DNA of 64,000 nt, from the NCBI GenBank assembly GCA_963824095.1, contig CAWGNS010000008.1, positions 833,272 to 897,271 of the forward strand. Direction: 5' to 3'. The notes beneath the pieces are model-generated. The model searched no databases, was not told the DNA's origin, and saw nothing but the letters and a program-made list of their open reading frames with translations. This document shows positions 40,549-49,245 of this stretch, piece by piece. This stretch comes from Terriglobia bacterium (GTDB lineage Bacteria; Acidobacteriota; Terriglobia; Bryobacterales; UBA6623). The translations under genes were made by a program, and so were the position numbers. Within the stretch, counting starts at the first letter, position 1, and each line of letters opens with the position of its first letter.

Positions 40549-42363
40549 ATGAATAATCCCCGACACTCGCCGCAGACGCCCACGCGGGTTTCCCGGCGCG
40601 CATTCCTCACCGGCACGACGGCGGCGCTGGCCGGCACGCTGGCGGCGTCCTCCTGCCAGCCCGCGGGACCACGTCCCAACATCCTTTGGATGATTGCCGA
40701 GGATCTCTCGCCCGACCTGGGCTGCTATGGCAACCCCACCGTCCATACGCCGAACATCGACCGGCTGGCGTCGCAGGGCATGCGCTACGAAAGCGCGTTC
40801 GTGACTGCGCCGGTGTGTTCGCCGTCGCGCTCGGCGCTGGCGACCGGCATGTACCAGACCTCGATCGGCGCGCAGAATCACCGTAGCCACCGCGACGACG
40901 GGTACCAACTGCCCGACGGCGTGCGGCTGTTCACCGAATACCTGCGCGAAGCCGGTTATCACACCTCCAATCTCAAAGGCGGCGAGTTGGGGGGCACCGG
41001 CAAGACCGACTTCAATTTCAACGTCCAAAAACCCTTCGACGGCACCGACTGGAGCGAGCGCAAGCCGGGGCAGCGCTTTTACGCGCAGATCAATTTCAGC
41101 GAGACGCACCGCGCCTTCAAGCCCTTCCCCGAACGCCCGATCGACCCGAGTAGCGTCGAACTGCCGCCTTACTATCCCGACCACCCGGCGGTACGGCTCG
41201 ACTGGGCGCTGTATCTGGAAACCGCGCAGCACCTCGACCGCAAGGTCGGGCGCGTGCTCGAACGGCTCGAAAAAGAGGGCCTGGCCGAAGACACGGTGGT
41301 GTTCTTTTTCGGCGACCACGGCCGGCCGATGCCGCGCGGCAAACAGTTTCTCTACGAAGGCGGCATTCACATTCCGCTGATCGTGCGTATTCCGGAAAAG
41401 TATCGCCCCGAGGGATTCACCGCCGGCGGCAGCAACGACGACCTGATCAGCTCCATCGATATCACCGCGGCGACGCTGGCGCTGGCGGGGGTCGACCTGC
41501 CCGCCAACATGCAAGGCCGGCCGTTTCTGCAAGGCGGGCGGCCGCGCGACCATGTAATCGCCGCGCGCGACCGTTGCGACGAGACCGTCGACCGCATTCG
41601 CGCGGTGCGCACCAAGACCCACAAGTACCTTCGCAATTACTATCCCGATCGCCCCTATACGCAGCAGAACATTTACAAGGACACCAATTACCCGCCGCTG
41701 CAGGTGATGCGGCAGCTTCAGGCGGCCGGCAAACTGACCGTGGCGCAAGCCGCGTTCATGGCGCCCACGCGGCCCGAAGAGGAGCTTTACGATCTGGAGG
41801 CCGATCCTTACGAGATTACGAATCTGGCCGACTCCCCCGATCAAAAGGCGACTCTCGAAAAACTGCGCGGCGTGCTCGGCGACTGGGTGCAGCAAACCAA
41901 GGACCAGGGCGCCACGCCCGAGAAAGAGTTGCCCGAGGAATTTCGATACCGCACGCAGGTCGATGGCTGGAGCACGGCCAACGGGCTGCTCAGCAAGGCG
42001 TCGAACGTATTGAAGCTGAAGTGGGTCGGCCAGGCCGGGCGGCTGATTCTACCGACCGTAATGGAAGGCGACCGGCTCACACTGCGCTGCCGGGCGCGCT
42101 CGGCCAATCTCGCTCCGCAAAAGTTTTTCTGGGGCACGATCGACAACGTCCCCGGGCACGGCAACGAGATCGAGCTGGATTTCAACACCGACGGAAACTG
42201 GCACGAACTCTCGGTGGACTTCCAGCCCGAAGGTTTCCTGGCGACCTTCGGATTCGAGTTCGGCGAGACGGCCGGGACGATCGAGTTCGAGTGGTTCCGG
42301 CTCTACCGCAATCGGGGCCGCAATTTGCAGATGCTGCAGCAGTGGGAGTTTGCGGATACCTAG
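40549..42363 (+). CDS. Sulfatase (formylglycine-dependent arylsulfatase family) with a Tat signal and an extra C-terminal beta-rich domain
   Basis: ORF 40423-42363 trimmed to the ATG at 40549 (MNNPRHSPQTPTRVSRRAFLTGTTAALAG). CSPSRSALATG is the C-x-P-x-R FGly motif. The last ~130 aa lie beyond the usual sulfatase fold. Confidence 0.9.
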   Translation: MNNPRHSPQTPTRVSRRAFLTGTTAALAGTLAASSCQPAGPRPNILWMIAEDLSPDLGCYGNPTVHTPNIDRLASQGMRYESAFVTAPVCSPSRSALATGMYQTSIGAQNHRSHRDDGYQLPDGVRLFTEYLREAGYHTSNLKGGELGGTGKTDFNFNVQKPFDGTDWSERKPGQRFYAQINFSETHRAFKPFPERPIDPSSVELPPYYPDHPAVRLDWALYLETAQHLDRKVGRVLERLEKEGLAEDTVVFFFGDHGRPMPRGKQFLYEGGIHIPLIVRIPEKYRPEGFTAGGSNDDLISSIDITAATLALAGVDLPANMQGRPFLQGGRPRDHVIAARDRCDETVDRIRAVRTKTHKYLRNYYPDRPYTQQNIYKDTNYPPLQVMRQLQAAGKLTVAQAAFMAPTRPEEELYDLEADPYEITNLADSPDQKATLEKLRGVLGDWVQQTKDQGATPEKELPEEFRYRTQVDGWSTANGLLSKASNVLKLKWVGQAGRLILPTVMEGDRLTLRCRARSANLAPQKFFWGTIDNVPGHGNEIELDFNTDGNWHELSVDFQPEGFLATFGFEFGETAGTIEFEWFRLYRNRGRNLQMLQQWEFADT

Positions 42364-42483
42364 CCGCGATTTCCCCGCAGTTGTTGGTCGGGTTGTTGTG
42401 CCACCGAGGCCGCAATGGCCGCGCGTAGAACGACGCCGCCGAGCCGGCGCAATCCGCCCTGGAACGCCAACTACCATTGCAAC

Positions 42484-42692
42484 ACCACCGAAAACAGAGC
42501 CGCAGGCGTGGGCCGGCGGGCCGAGTTGGCTCAAGTGTGTGGGCTTGGGTGGATTTGGTCGAGGGGACAGTCCCGAGAGCACTCGGAACTGAGCACCGGG
42601 AACCGGGAGCCTACCTCGTGGCGGTACTACCCTCGAGCCCGCCCTTGCGACGCTTCGGCCCGCCGGCTTTTACGCCTGCAGCTCTGTTGTGG
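42484..42692 (-). repeat. R4 element copy b: same arms (42491-42525 and 42653-42690), with the spacer resembling the reverse complement of copy a's spacer
   Basis: Read directly. Spacer similarity was judged by eye: the CTCCCGG(C/T)TCCC block and the CCAA(A/T)T..CCAC..CCCAC block. Confidence 0.75.
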
Positions 42693-42704
42693 GCAGGGCT
42701 CGCC

Positions 42705-43301
42705 TCAACGCCGGAGCACCAGGGTTCCTGCCAGCAGGTCGTGCAGGGCCTGGCGTTTTTCGGTGAAGGGTTGAATCAGGTAGCCGATCAGCAACGTGAA
42801 GCTGGAGAGGTAGCGGCCGAAAAACCGTCCGGTGGCTCGACCGAACGAGATACGGCCGCCCGCCAGGTCGGTTACGACTAAGCTGAGCGCCATCTTGCCG
42901 GGTGTGGCCTGGCGAGCCGAGCTGGTGAACGCGGCTTCGTAGAGCCAGTTCATCAGGATGTTAAGGGGAAACAACAGCAACATCACCGAAGCGCCGAAAA
43001 ATTCTTCCGCCGCCCTGGGCGAGCCCGCTGACGAGGCGAGGCCGAGGATCAGAATAATCGGCAGCGCGAGCAGGAACCCGCCGAAGCTCAGGATAAAGTG
43101 GTCGATCACAAAGGCCAGGAAGCGCATCCAGAAGCCCGCGAAGCGCTGTCCCCCGAACGAGATCGCACTCGGCGGCGGAACTCCCGGCGAAGCGGCGGCC
43201 AGCGGTACGCCACCGGCGGTGACCGGAGTCAGATAGGCCCCGCAGGACGAACAGAACTGTGCGGCGCCGGGCGTTTCGCGGCCGCAACTGGGACAGTACA
43301 T
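42705..43301 (-). CDS. RDD-family membrane protein with an N-terminal zinc ribbon
   Basis: ORF track, 198 aa: MYCPSCGRETPGAAQFCSSCGAYL, then FAGFWMRFLAFVIDHFIL...RQALHDLLAGTLVL. Confidence 0.8.
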   Translation of the reverse strand: MYCPSCGRETPGAAQFCSSCGAYLTPVTAGGVPLAAASPGVPPPSAISFGGQRFAGFWMRFLAFVIDHFILSFGGFLLALPIILILGLASSAGSPRAAEEFFGASVMLLLFPLNILMNWLYEAAFTSSARQATPGKMALSLVVTDLAGGRISFGRATGRFFGRYLSSFTLLIGYLIQPFTEKRQALHDLLAGTLVLRR

Positions 43302-43619
43302 GACGCCTCATCTCCAACCTGAGCGATATTCCAGCGCCGGCCGCGCGCCACGCAGGCGCAGCCGATCCGGCCAACCCTGATAGCTCTCGAGGGCGCAGCA
43401 AGCCGCTTCGCCGGCACGCGCTGGCCGTTGGCCCGAGCGGCGGCCCGGGCACACCCCAAGCCATGCCTGCGGCGCCCCCGGCGATAGCGTCCCGGCAGAG
43501 CCGGGGGGCGCGGCGGCCTGTTTCCGATTCGGCCCGCGGCCTTGCCGGGCGAACCGATCGGGCCGCTTCTAGGGTAACGGCTCTGGACGACCCACCCTAG
43601 GCTGAATCGTCCGACATGC

Positions 43620-44721
43620 TCAATCGTCTGACATGGATACCGGCGGCGGGCTCACGTTCGCGGGAAACTCTCCCGTCAGCGATTCCATGAACGCCACCAG
43701 CCCGTCGCGCTCCTCGCGCGTCAGGTGGTCGAGCTCTTTTATCTCGGGGTCGCGCCATTCGTTGGAATTGCCCGCGCCAACATAGAAGTCCACGACGTCT
43801 TTCAAGGTCTGGAGATGGCCGTCGTGCATGTAGGGAGCCGACTGCGCGATGTTGCGCAGGGTTGGGGTCTTAAAGGCGCCCTTGTCCTTCTCGTCGTTGG
43901 TCACCTTGAAGCGGCCCATGTCGCTGAGCGTTCCATCGAGCTCGGCTCCGACGCCCAGGTTGTGGAACTTGTTGTCGCTGAACAGGGCATAGCCCTTGTC
44001 GATGGTATGGCACTTGGCGCAGTTGCCCTTGGCGGGGTCCTGGAATACCGCCAGGCCGAGCTTGGCCTGCGGACTCAAGCGCGTTCTCGTCGCCGCCGTA
44101 CATGAAGCGGTCGAAAGGCGAATTGCCGGTCAACACGGTGCGCTCGAAACTGGCGATGGCTTTGGCGGCGTTATCCGCGGTGACCGACCCGGGGCCAAAA
44201 GCCCGCTCGAAATCGGCGACGTAGCTGGGGTCGGCCGCCAGCACGTTGGTGATGTCGTCGAGCGTGTGGGCCATCTCGACCGGGTTCGCCATCGGACCGA
44301 CGGCCTGCTCTTCGAGGCTGGCCGCCCGGCCGTCCCAAAACTGCGTGGTGTAGTAGGCCGCGTTCCAGACCGAGGGCGCCTGGCGGTTACCGACGCCGCC
44401 GTCGACGCCGATCGAAAACTGCCGCGGGTCGGCGAATCCGAAATCGGGCATGTGACAACTCGCGCAGGCGATCGTGCCGTCCTTCGACAGGACCGGGTCG
44501 TAGTAAAGCCGGCGGCCCAGCGCAATCGTTTCCGCCGTCGGTGGATTGTCGGCCGGAATCGGAACCGGCGGCAGGCCGAGTGGAACCTGGATCTCGACCA
44601 CCTGGCCGATCGGCATCGTCGATGCTTGTTCGCTTGGGGCCGGGGACGTGGAGCAGGACAGAGTCAGCAGGACGCTCCCGGCGAGTAGTAAACCCGGAAG
44701 CATCCACTTCCTAGATCTCAT
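43620..44721 (-). pseudogene. Di-haem cytochrome c peroxidase (CCP/MauG family) interrupted by a single-base frameshift near 44077
   Basis: ORF 43870-44820 carries the signal peptide and first haem site (CASCH) and ends ...FDRFMYGGDENAL. ORF 43620-44078 continues in another frame as SPQAKLGLAVFQDPAKGNCAKCH (second haem site)...MHDGH. The total length of 1102 nt is not a multiple of 3. Removing one A of the plus-strand CAAG at 44076-44079 restores ...NALSPQAK.... Confidence 0.8.
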
Positions 44722-44839
44722 GACAAATTCCTCTTTGGCAGGACCGTAATCCTGCCCTATGGATAAGTCACTCTGCCCCCCTCTCCTTTCAGGATTTCGC
44801 GTCTGCCTGGGCCCTGTCAACTAGCGCGCCCGCCGTAGA

Positions 44840-44911
44840 ACAGACAATCTTGTCTGTCACCTTTGCCTTTTACCCCTTGCCGCTCCCCTCTTGCCTTTTC
44901 CCTTCTCCCCC
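44840..44911 (+). repeat. R2 composite repeat: hairpin ACAGACA-ATCT-TGTCTGT (44840-44857) followed by a CU-rich tract (CACCTTTGCCTTTTACCCCTTGCCGCTCCCCTCTTGCCTTTTCCCTTCTCCCCC)
   Basis: Read directly. Same architecture as 1701-1832 and 18551-18622, but on the plus strand and not 3' of any plus-strand gene. Confidence 0.75.
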
Positions 44912-44993
44912 GGAAACCTGACCCGCCAGCCGCAATCCACCACGCCGACCCATCTGCGGACCCCAAATCCACCGCGATCTCTTCGGGTAGAAA

Positions 44994-45035
44994 GTGGCAC
45001 AGGCCTCGGGCCGGCTGCGTCCGCCGATGGCGGAC
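44994..45035 (-). repeat. R1 REP-like element, inverted (GTGGCACAGGCCTCGGGCCGGCTGC plus hairpin GTCCGCC-GAT-GGCGGAC)
   Basis: Read directly. A degenerate R2-like motif follows at 45042-45058. Confidence 0.75.
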
Positions 45036-45110
45036 GTTAGGCAGACCAGGATTGTCGGTCCCACGGCCCCTCGGCTTCCCCGGCCGCCCCGTGCCGCCTA
45101 AACTAAATCC

Positions 45111-46001
45111 ATGCCATCCCAACGCTGGAAAGTCTCGCTGCACGGCGGCCATAGCGGCGAATTTTGCGAGCATGCCAAGGCGACGTTGCGCGAGGTGCTG
45201 GAGGCGGCGGCGGCCGCGGGCTACCACACCTTCGGCGTCAGCGAACACGCTCCGCGCAGCCAGGAACGCTTTCTTTACGCCACCGAGATCGAGAAAGGCT
45301 ATGACCTGGCGCGCCTGCACCGCGAGTTCGAAGCCTATGCCGCCACGGTCCGCGAGCTGGCGGACGAGTTCGACGGCCGGCTCAACGTGCTTTGCGGTTT
45401 CGAGGCCGAAGTGATTCCCACGGCCAGCTATCGCGACGAAATGCTCGGCCACCGCAAGCGGTTTGGCTTCGACTACATGGTCGGTTCGGTTCACTACGTG
45501 GACGAAACCTCGATCGACGGCCCCCGCCCCTCGTTTGAACGCGCCCTGGCGGGCCGCGGCGGGCTGGAGAGCCTGGCGGTCGCCTACTACCAGGCGGTCG
45601 GCGCGATGGTCGAGGCGCTGCAACCGGAAGTGGTCGGCCATTTCGACCTGATCCGGCTGCACGCCGGCCCCGAGGCGCGTTTGGATACACCGCCGATCCG
45701 GCAGGCGGCCGGCGAGGCCCTTGAAGCCGTTCGCGCCGCCCGTGCCATCCTCGACCTCAACACGGCCGGGTACCGCAAGGGGCTCGGCACGCCCTATCCG
45801 GCGCCTTGGCTGGTGGAAACGGCTGACTCGATGGGGATCGGATTCTGCTTCGGCGACGACAGCCACGGGCCGGCCCAGGTCGGCCAGGGTGTCGACGAGG
45901 CCCGCGGGTACCTGCTCGACCACGGCGTGGATTCGGTTACGGTCTTGACACGGGAAGATGGCTTGCTTGCTCGGAAACGAGTGGCTTTGGGGGGTGGGTA
46001 G
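45111..46001 (+). CDS. Histidinol-phosphatase, PHP (HisJ/HisK) family
   Basis: ORF track, 296 aa. The sequence KVSLHGGHSGEFCEHAKATLREVLEAAAAAGYHTFGVSEHAPR...GSVHYV...GDDSHGP matches PHP-type HolPase. Confidence 0.8.
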   Translation: MPSQRWKVSLHGGHSGEFCEHAKATLREVLEAAAAAGYHTFGVSEHAPRSQERFLYATEIEKGYDLARLHREFEAYAATVRELADEFDGRLNVLCGFEAEVIPTASYRDEMLGHRKRFGFDYMVGSVHYVDETSIDGPRPSFERALAGRGGLESLAVAYYQAVGAMVEALQPEVVGHFDLIRLHAGPEARLDTPPIRQAAGEALEAVRAARAILDLNTAGYRKGLGTPYPAPWLVETADSMGIGFCFGDDSHGPAQVGQGVDEARGYLLDHGVDSVTVLTREDGLLARKRVALGGG

Positions 46002-46047
46002 CTAAGGCTTCGGGACCGGCTGGGTGCTTGTTCGTTGGGCTTTGGTA

Positions 46048-46105
46048 GGGTGGGGCCGTACGTCGCGACGAATCGCGACGCGGCAAACCTGGGGATTCGC
46101 GCCAC
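46048..46105 (-). repeat. R3 core repeat, inverted and slightly degenerate copy
   Basis: The reverse complement reads GTGGCGCGAATCCCCAGGTTTGCCGCGTCGCGATTCGTCGCGACGTACGGCCCCACC. Confidence 0.8.
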
Positions 46106-46356
46106 CGGTGCTTGCGTCTGGCCACTTTCGGGTGGACGTTTGGCTGCTTTCTGTTGCGCTCAGCTGCTTTTGGCCGGGATTGGGCGACTTTTGGATGAGA
46201 CGGGATGCTGGAGACATACTCCTCTTTGTGCCTGTGGCGTATGGTTCCAGGCTATGCCTTAGAGCCTAGGGCATTCTGCTGATTGCTCCTACGTGGACAC
46301 CGCGACCAAACTACAGTCAGGGTCGCCTTGGGCGGCCGGACGGTCACTGTTACAGA

Positions 46357-47592
46357 TTGAAGCCTTGCCAAGACGGGCCGCCCAGCGTGCGGTCCCGTGG
46401 GGATCGTGTATTGCTCGGCGCGTTCATCATCGGACAGACAACGACGCTGGTGGACTACCTGCACCGCGCCTGTAGCGCGGACCCCGAACTCTCCCTCTAC
46501 CAGTCGCTGGATAACTACCCCAACCGCCACCATCTGGTGCGCCTGCTCAACGCCTACAACCCTAGGGTGGTCTTCCTCGAGGTCGACAGCAGCGGCTTCG
46601 CGCTGGGGCTGGCGCGCGACATTCACGCAGTGTTGCCGGAAGCCTCGCTGATCGGCTTCGCTCCGAAGCTCAGCTTCGAGCAGTTGCAGGAAGCCTCGGC
46701 GGCGGGAATTCCCGAGGTTCTGCAGGGCTACTTCACCGACGACGCGCTGCGGCGCGCGCTGGTGCGGGCGGTGGAGGCCGAGCGTCTGCGCGAGGGCCAC
46801 AACACGATGGCGTTCGTTTCGGCCAAGGGCGGCAGCGGCTCGACGACGGTGGCGATGAACCTGGCCGGCATCTTGGCCAAGCGCGCCAAGAAACCGGTGC
46901 TGCTGGTGGAAGGCGACCTGCACTCGGGCCCGCTCTCGGTGCTGCTCGACCTCAACCCGCAATACTCGATTGCCGAGGCGCTGGGGAACTCGCAGTCGAT
47001 GGACGACGCCAAATGGAGCTCGCTGGTGTCGAACGCCCATGGGATGGACATTCTCCCCACGCCGCGCGACGGGCGGGTCGGCGCCTTCACCGCCTGGGAC
47101 TGCCAGCACCTGTTGAGCTTCGTGTCGGCGCGCTACGACAGCGTGGTGGCCGATCTGCCCGACGTGATCAGCGACCTTACGGTGCCCATCGTGGGCCGCG
47201 CCGATCAGGTTTACGTGGTGTGTACGCCCGAGATGGCTTCGCTGTTCATGGCGCAGCGCCGCTTGCTGGAGTTGGAAACGCTCGGCGTCGCGGCCGACAA
47301 GCTCAGCGTGGTGGTCAACCGCCACGCCGCGCGCGACGTTTCGATCGCCGAGATCGAGCAGTATCTCGAAGCGCCGGTGCGGCTGGCGCTGCCCGACGAC
47401 GCAGCTTCGGTTCGCGAGGCGACGGTGAGCCATGGTTTGGTCAGCGCTCGCTCCCCGCTGGGCGAGTCGCTTTCACAGTTTGCCGCGCAGCTTTCCGGTG
47501 ATCCGCTTCCGGCTCAGCCCGCCGCTGCTCCGTCGCTGGTGCGCAATGTTCTCGGCGTGTTTGACCGGCGGCTGGGGAAGGCGCATAGTTGA
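46357..47592 (+). CDS. CpaE/TadZ-like protein: receiver-like N-domain plus MinD/ParA-type ATPase. Orphan, with no pilus genes nearby.
   Basis: ORF track, 411 aa. The track start is TTG and the true start is uncertain (46357-46410). Deviant Walker A is FVSAKGGSGSTTVAMNLA. The overall layout resembles Flp-pilus CpaE. Confidence 0.7.
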   Translation: MKPCQDGPPSVRSRGDRVLLGAFIIGQTTTLVDYLHRACSADPELSLYQSLDNYPNRHHLVRLLNAYNPRVVFLEVDSSGFALGLARDIHAVLPEASLIGFAPKLSFEQLQEASAAGIPEVLQGYFTDDALRRALVRAVEAERLREGHNTMAFVSAKGGSGSTTVAMNLAGILAKRAKKPVLLVEGDLHSGPLSVLLDLNPQYSIAEALGNSQSMDDAKWSSLVSNAHGMDILPTPRDGRVGAFTAWDCQHLLSFVSARYDSVVADLPDVISDLTVPIVGRADQVYVVCTPEMASLFMAQRRLLELETLGVAADKLSVVVNRHAARDVSIAEIEQYLEAPVRLALPDDAASVREATVSHGLVSARSPLGESLSQFAAQLSGDPLPAQPAAAPSLVRNVLGVFDRRLGKAHS

Positions 47593-47682
47593 GGCCGTTG
47601 ATCGGTTGATTATTGAGCGGTTGATTCGGTTGAGTGGTTCGATTCGGGGCTTTCGGTTCTTTCTTTTCCGGCCTTTTTGGGG

Positions 47683-47716
47683 GCTCCGCCCGCCGGCTTA
47701 CGCCTGCGGCTGTGTG
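47683..47716. repeat. Solo R4 arm (GCTCCGCCCGCCGGCTTACGCCTGCGGCTGTGTGG) preceded by a degenerate CGGTTGA heptamer run (about 47601-47660)
   Basis: Read directly. I found no partner arm within 200 nt. Confidence 0.7.
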
Positions 47717-47765
47717 GCTTGAGTTCTGGCTTGGACGGCAGTTTTCTTCGGGCTCGGCCCGTCGG

Positions 47766-47925
47766 AAAAGGCACAGAAGCAAAAAAACGCACCCGTGGCG
47801 TGAACCTCCAGGTTTGCCGCGTCGCGATTCGTCGCGACGTAGGGCCCCACGCCACCGAGGCCGTGCTGGAGGGGTACCACTGCCGGACCTCAATACGCTT
47901 CTCCCGCAGCCTGCTAAGCCTGTCC
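47766..47925 (-). repeat. R3 element, full-length copy 1 (~160 nt; core 47795-47855); candidate minus-strand sRNA
   Basis: The core is GTGGCGTGAACCTCCAGGTTTGCCGCGTCGCGATTCGTCGCGACGTAGGGCCCCACGCCAC. It is alignable with 59911-60072 across the flanks. An A7 run at 47781-47787 gives U7 after the stem on the minus strand. Confidence 0.8.
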
Positions 47926-48033
47926 CTCTATTCCTTGGTGCGTCTGCGGCCGTGAGGTCGGGGCTTGGGGCCGCTCCCGCAGCCTCGGCGTACCCCTGGG
48001 CGTTGCTGCATCCGTCAGAATGAAATCGGGTGT

Positions 48034-49245
48034 ATGAGCACGCGTCCACCACGCTCGCGCGGGTTTCAGCAAGACCAGCTTCTGTCGCCGTTGGAGGAGG
48101 CCGCGGTAACCCTCTCGGCCACGCTGCGGGCCCGGCACCTTCCTTTTGGGACCATCCTCGACCCCATCTTTGTCACTCCCCAGAGCGACCAGATCGCGGC
48201 CTACAGCCGCGCCGGGGACTCCGCAATCTGGACCGGCCACTATCTGGCGGCCGAAGCGTTTCGGTTCTCGGCCGTGGGCGCCGCCGACGCCTTCGCCAAC
48301 GCCTCGCAAGCGGTGGAGAACCTGCAGGCGCTGGTGGATGTCACCGGCAGCGGGCTGCTGGCGCGCGCGCGAGTGCCGGCCGATTCTCCGTTCGCCGCGG
48401 CGCTCGTCCAGGAGGAAGCCGCCAACGGGGTCTACACCAGCCAGTCCGGCGGCGTCACCTTCCAATGGATCGGCAACACTTCGCGCGACCAGTATCTGGG
48501 CGTGTTTTTCGGCCTCAGCGTCGCCTACGAGCGTATCGCAGACCCTGGGCTGCGCGAGCGGATCGCCGGCCTTGCCACGCGCATGCTCGATTTCCTGGTC
48601 GACAACGAATGGAACGTGATGATGCCCAACGGCGACGCCAGCACGTCGTTTCTGCCGCGCGACGACCAGATTCTCAGCCTGCTGCAGGTGGGCCGCCAAG
48701 TGAACCCGCAGCGCTTCGACTCGCGCTACCGCGACGAGCGCTTCTGGCGCTCGCTGGGCGTGATCGTCCCGATCACCTTCGACGTGATCGACGACAACTC
48801 CTCCTACTTCAAGTTCAATCTCGACGTCATCGCGATGTACAACCTGATCCGGCTGGAGAGCCCGGGCACGCACCTCGACCGCTACCGGAACGCCTATGGC
48901 GTGCTGCGGCGCACGATCGACGACCACGGCAACGCGCACTTCAACATGATCGACCGCGCGCTGCAGGGTCCTGACGCGAACCGCGACGCCGCCACCGTCG
49001 AGTACCTGCGCGCCTGGCTGCGCCGCCCGCGCCGCGATTTCTTCGTCGACCTGCGCGGCTCGGTGGCGGCTTGCGGAGACAACCGCGCCTGTGAGCCGAT
49101 CCCCGTCGAGCGCCGCGTGCCGAGCGACTTTCTGTGGCAACGCAGCCCGTTTCAGATGTTCGGCGGCGGCGACGGATTTGTGGAAAGTCCCGGTATCGAT
49201 TTCCTGCTGCCCTATTGGATGGCGTGCGCCTACCACCTGGTGTAG
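48034..49245 (+). CDS. Hypothetical protein (403 aa), no signal peptide and no domain I can name
   Basis: ORF 47965-49245 trimmed to the ATG at 48034 (MSTRPPRSRGF...). High GC3. Conserved-looking blocks GDSAIWTGHYLAAEAF and FQWIGNTSRDQYLGVFFGLSVAY suggest a helical repeat or toroid fold, which is speculative. Confidence 0.65.
   Translation: MSTRPPRSRGFQQDQLLSPLEEAAVTLSATLRARHLPFGTILDPIFVTPQSDQIAAYSRAGDSAIWTGHYLAAEAFRFSAVGAADAFANASQAVENLQALVDVTGSGLLARARVPADSPFAAALVQEEAANGVYTSQSGGVTFQWIGNTSRDQYLGVFFGLSVAYERIADPGLRERIAGLATRMLDFLVDNEWNVMMPNGDASTSFLPRDDQILSLLQVGRQVNPQRFDSRYRDERFWRSLGVIVPITFDVIDDNSSYFKFNLDVIAMYNLIRLESPGTHLDRYRNAYGVLRRTIDDHGNAHFNMIDRALQGPDANRDAATVEYLRAWLRRPRRDFFVDLRGSVAACGDNRACEPIPVERRVPSDFLWQRSPFQMFGGGDGFVESPGIDFLLPYWMACAYHLV

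Noticed and set aside
40067-42692. Composite transposon carrying the sulfatase gene
   Set aside because: No transposase lies in or near the unit, I could see no target-site duplications, and the flanking elements are only ~210 bp. The bracketing geometry is reported as a finding but not called a mobile element.
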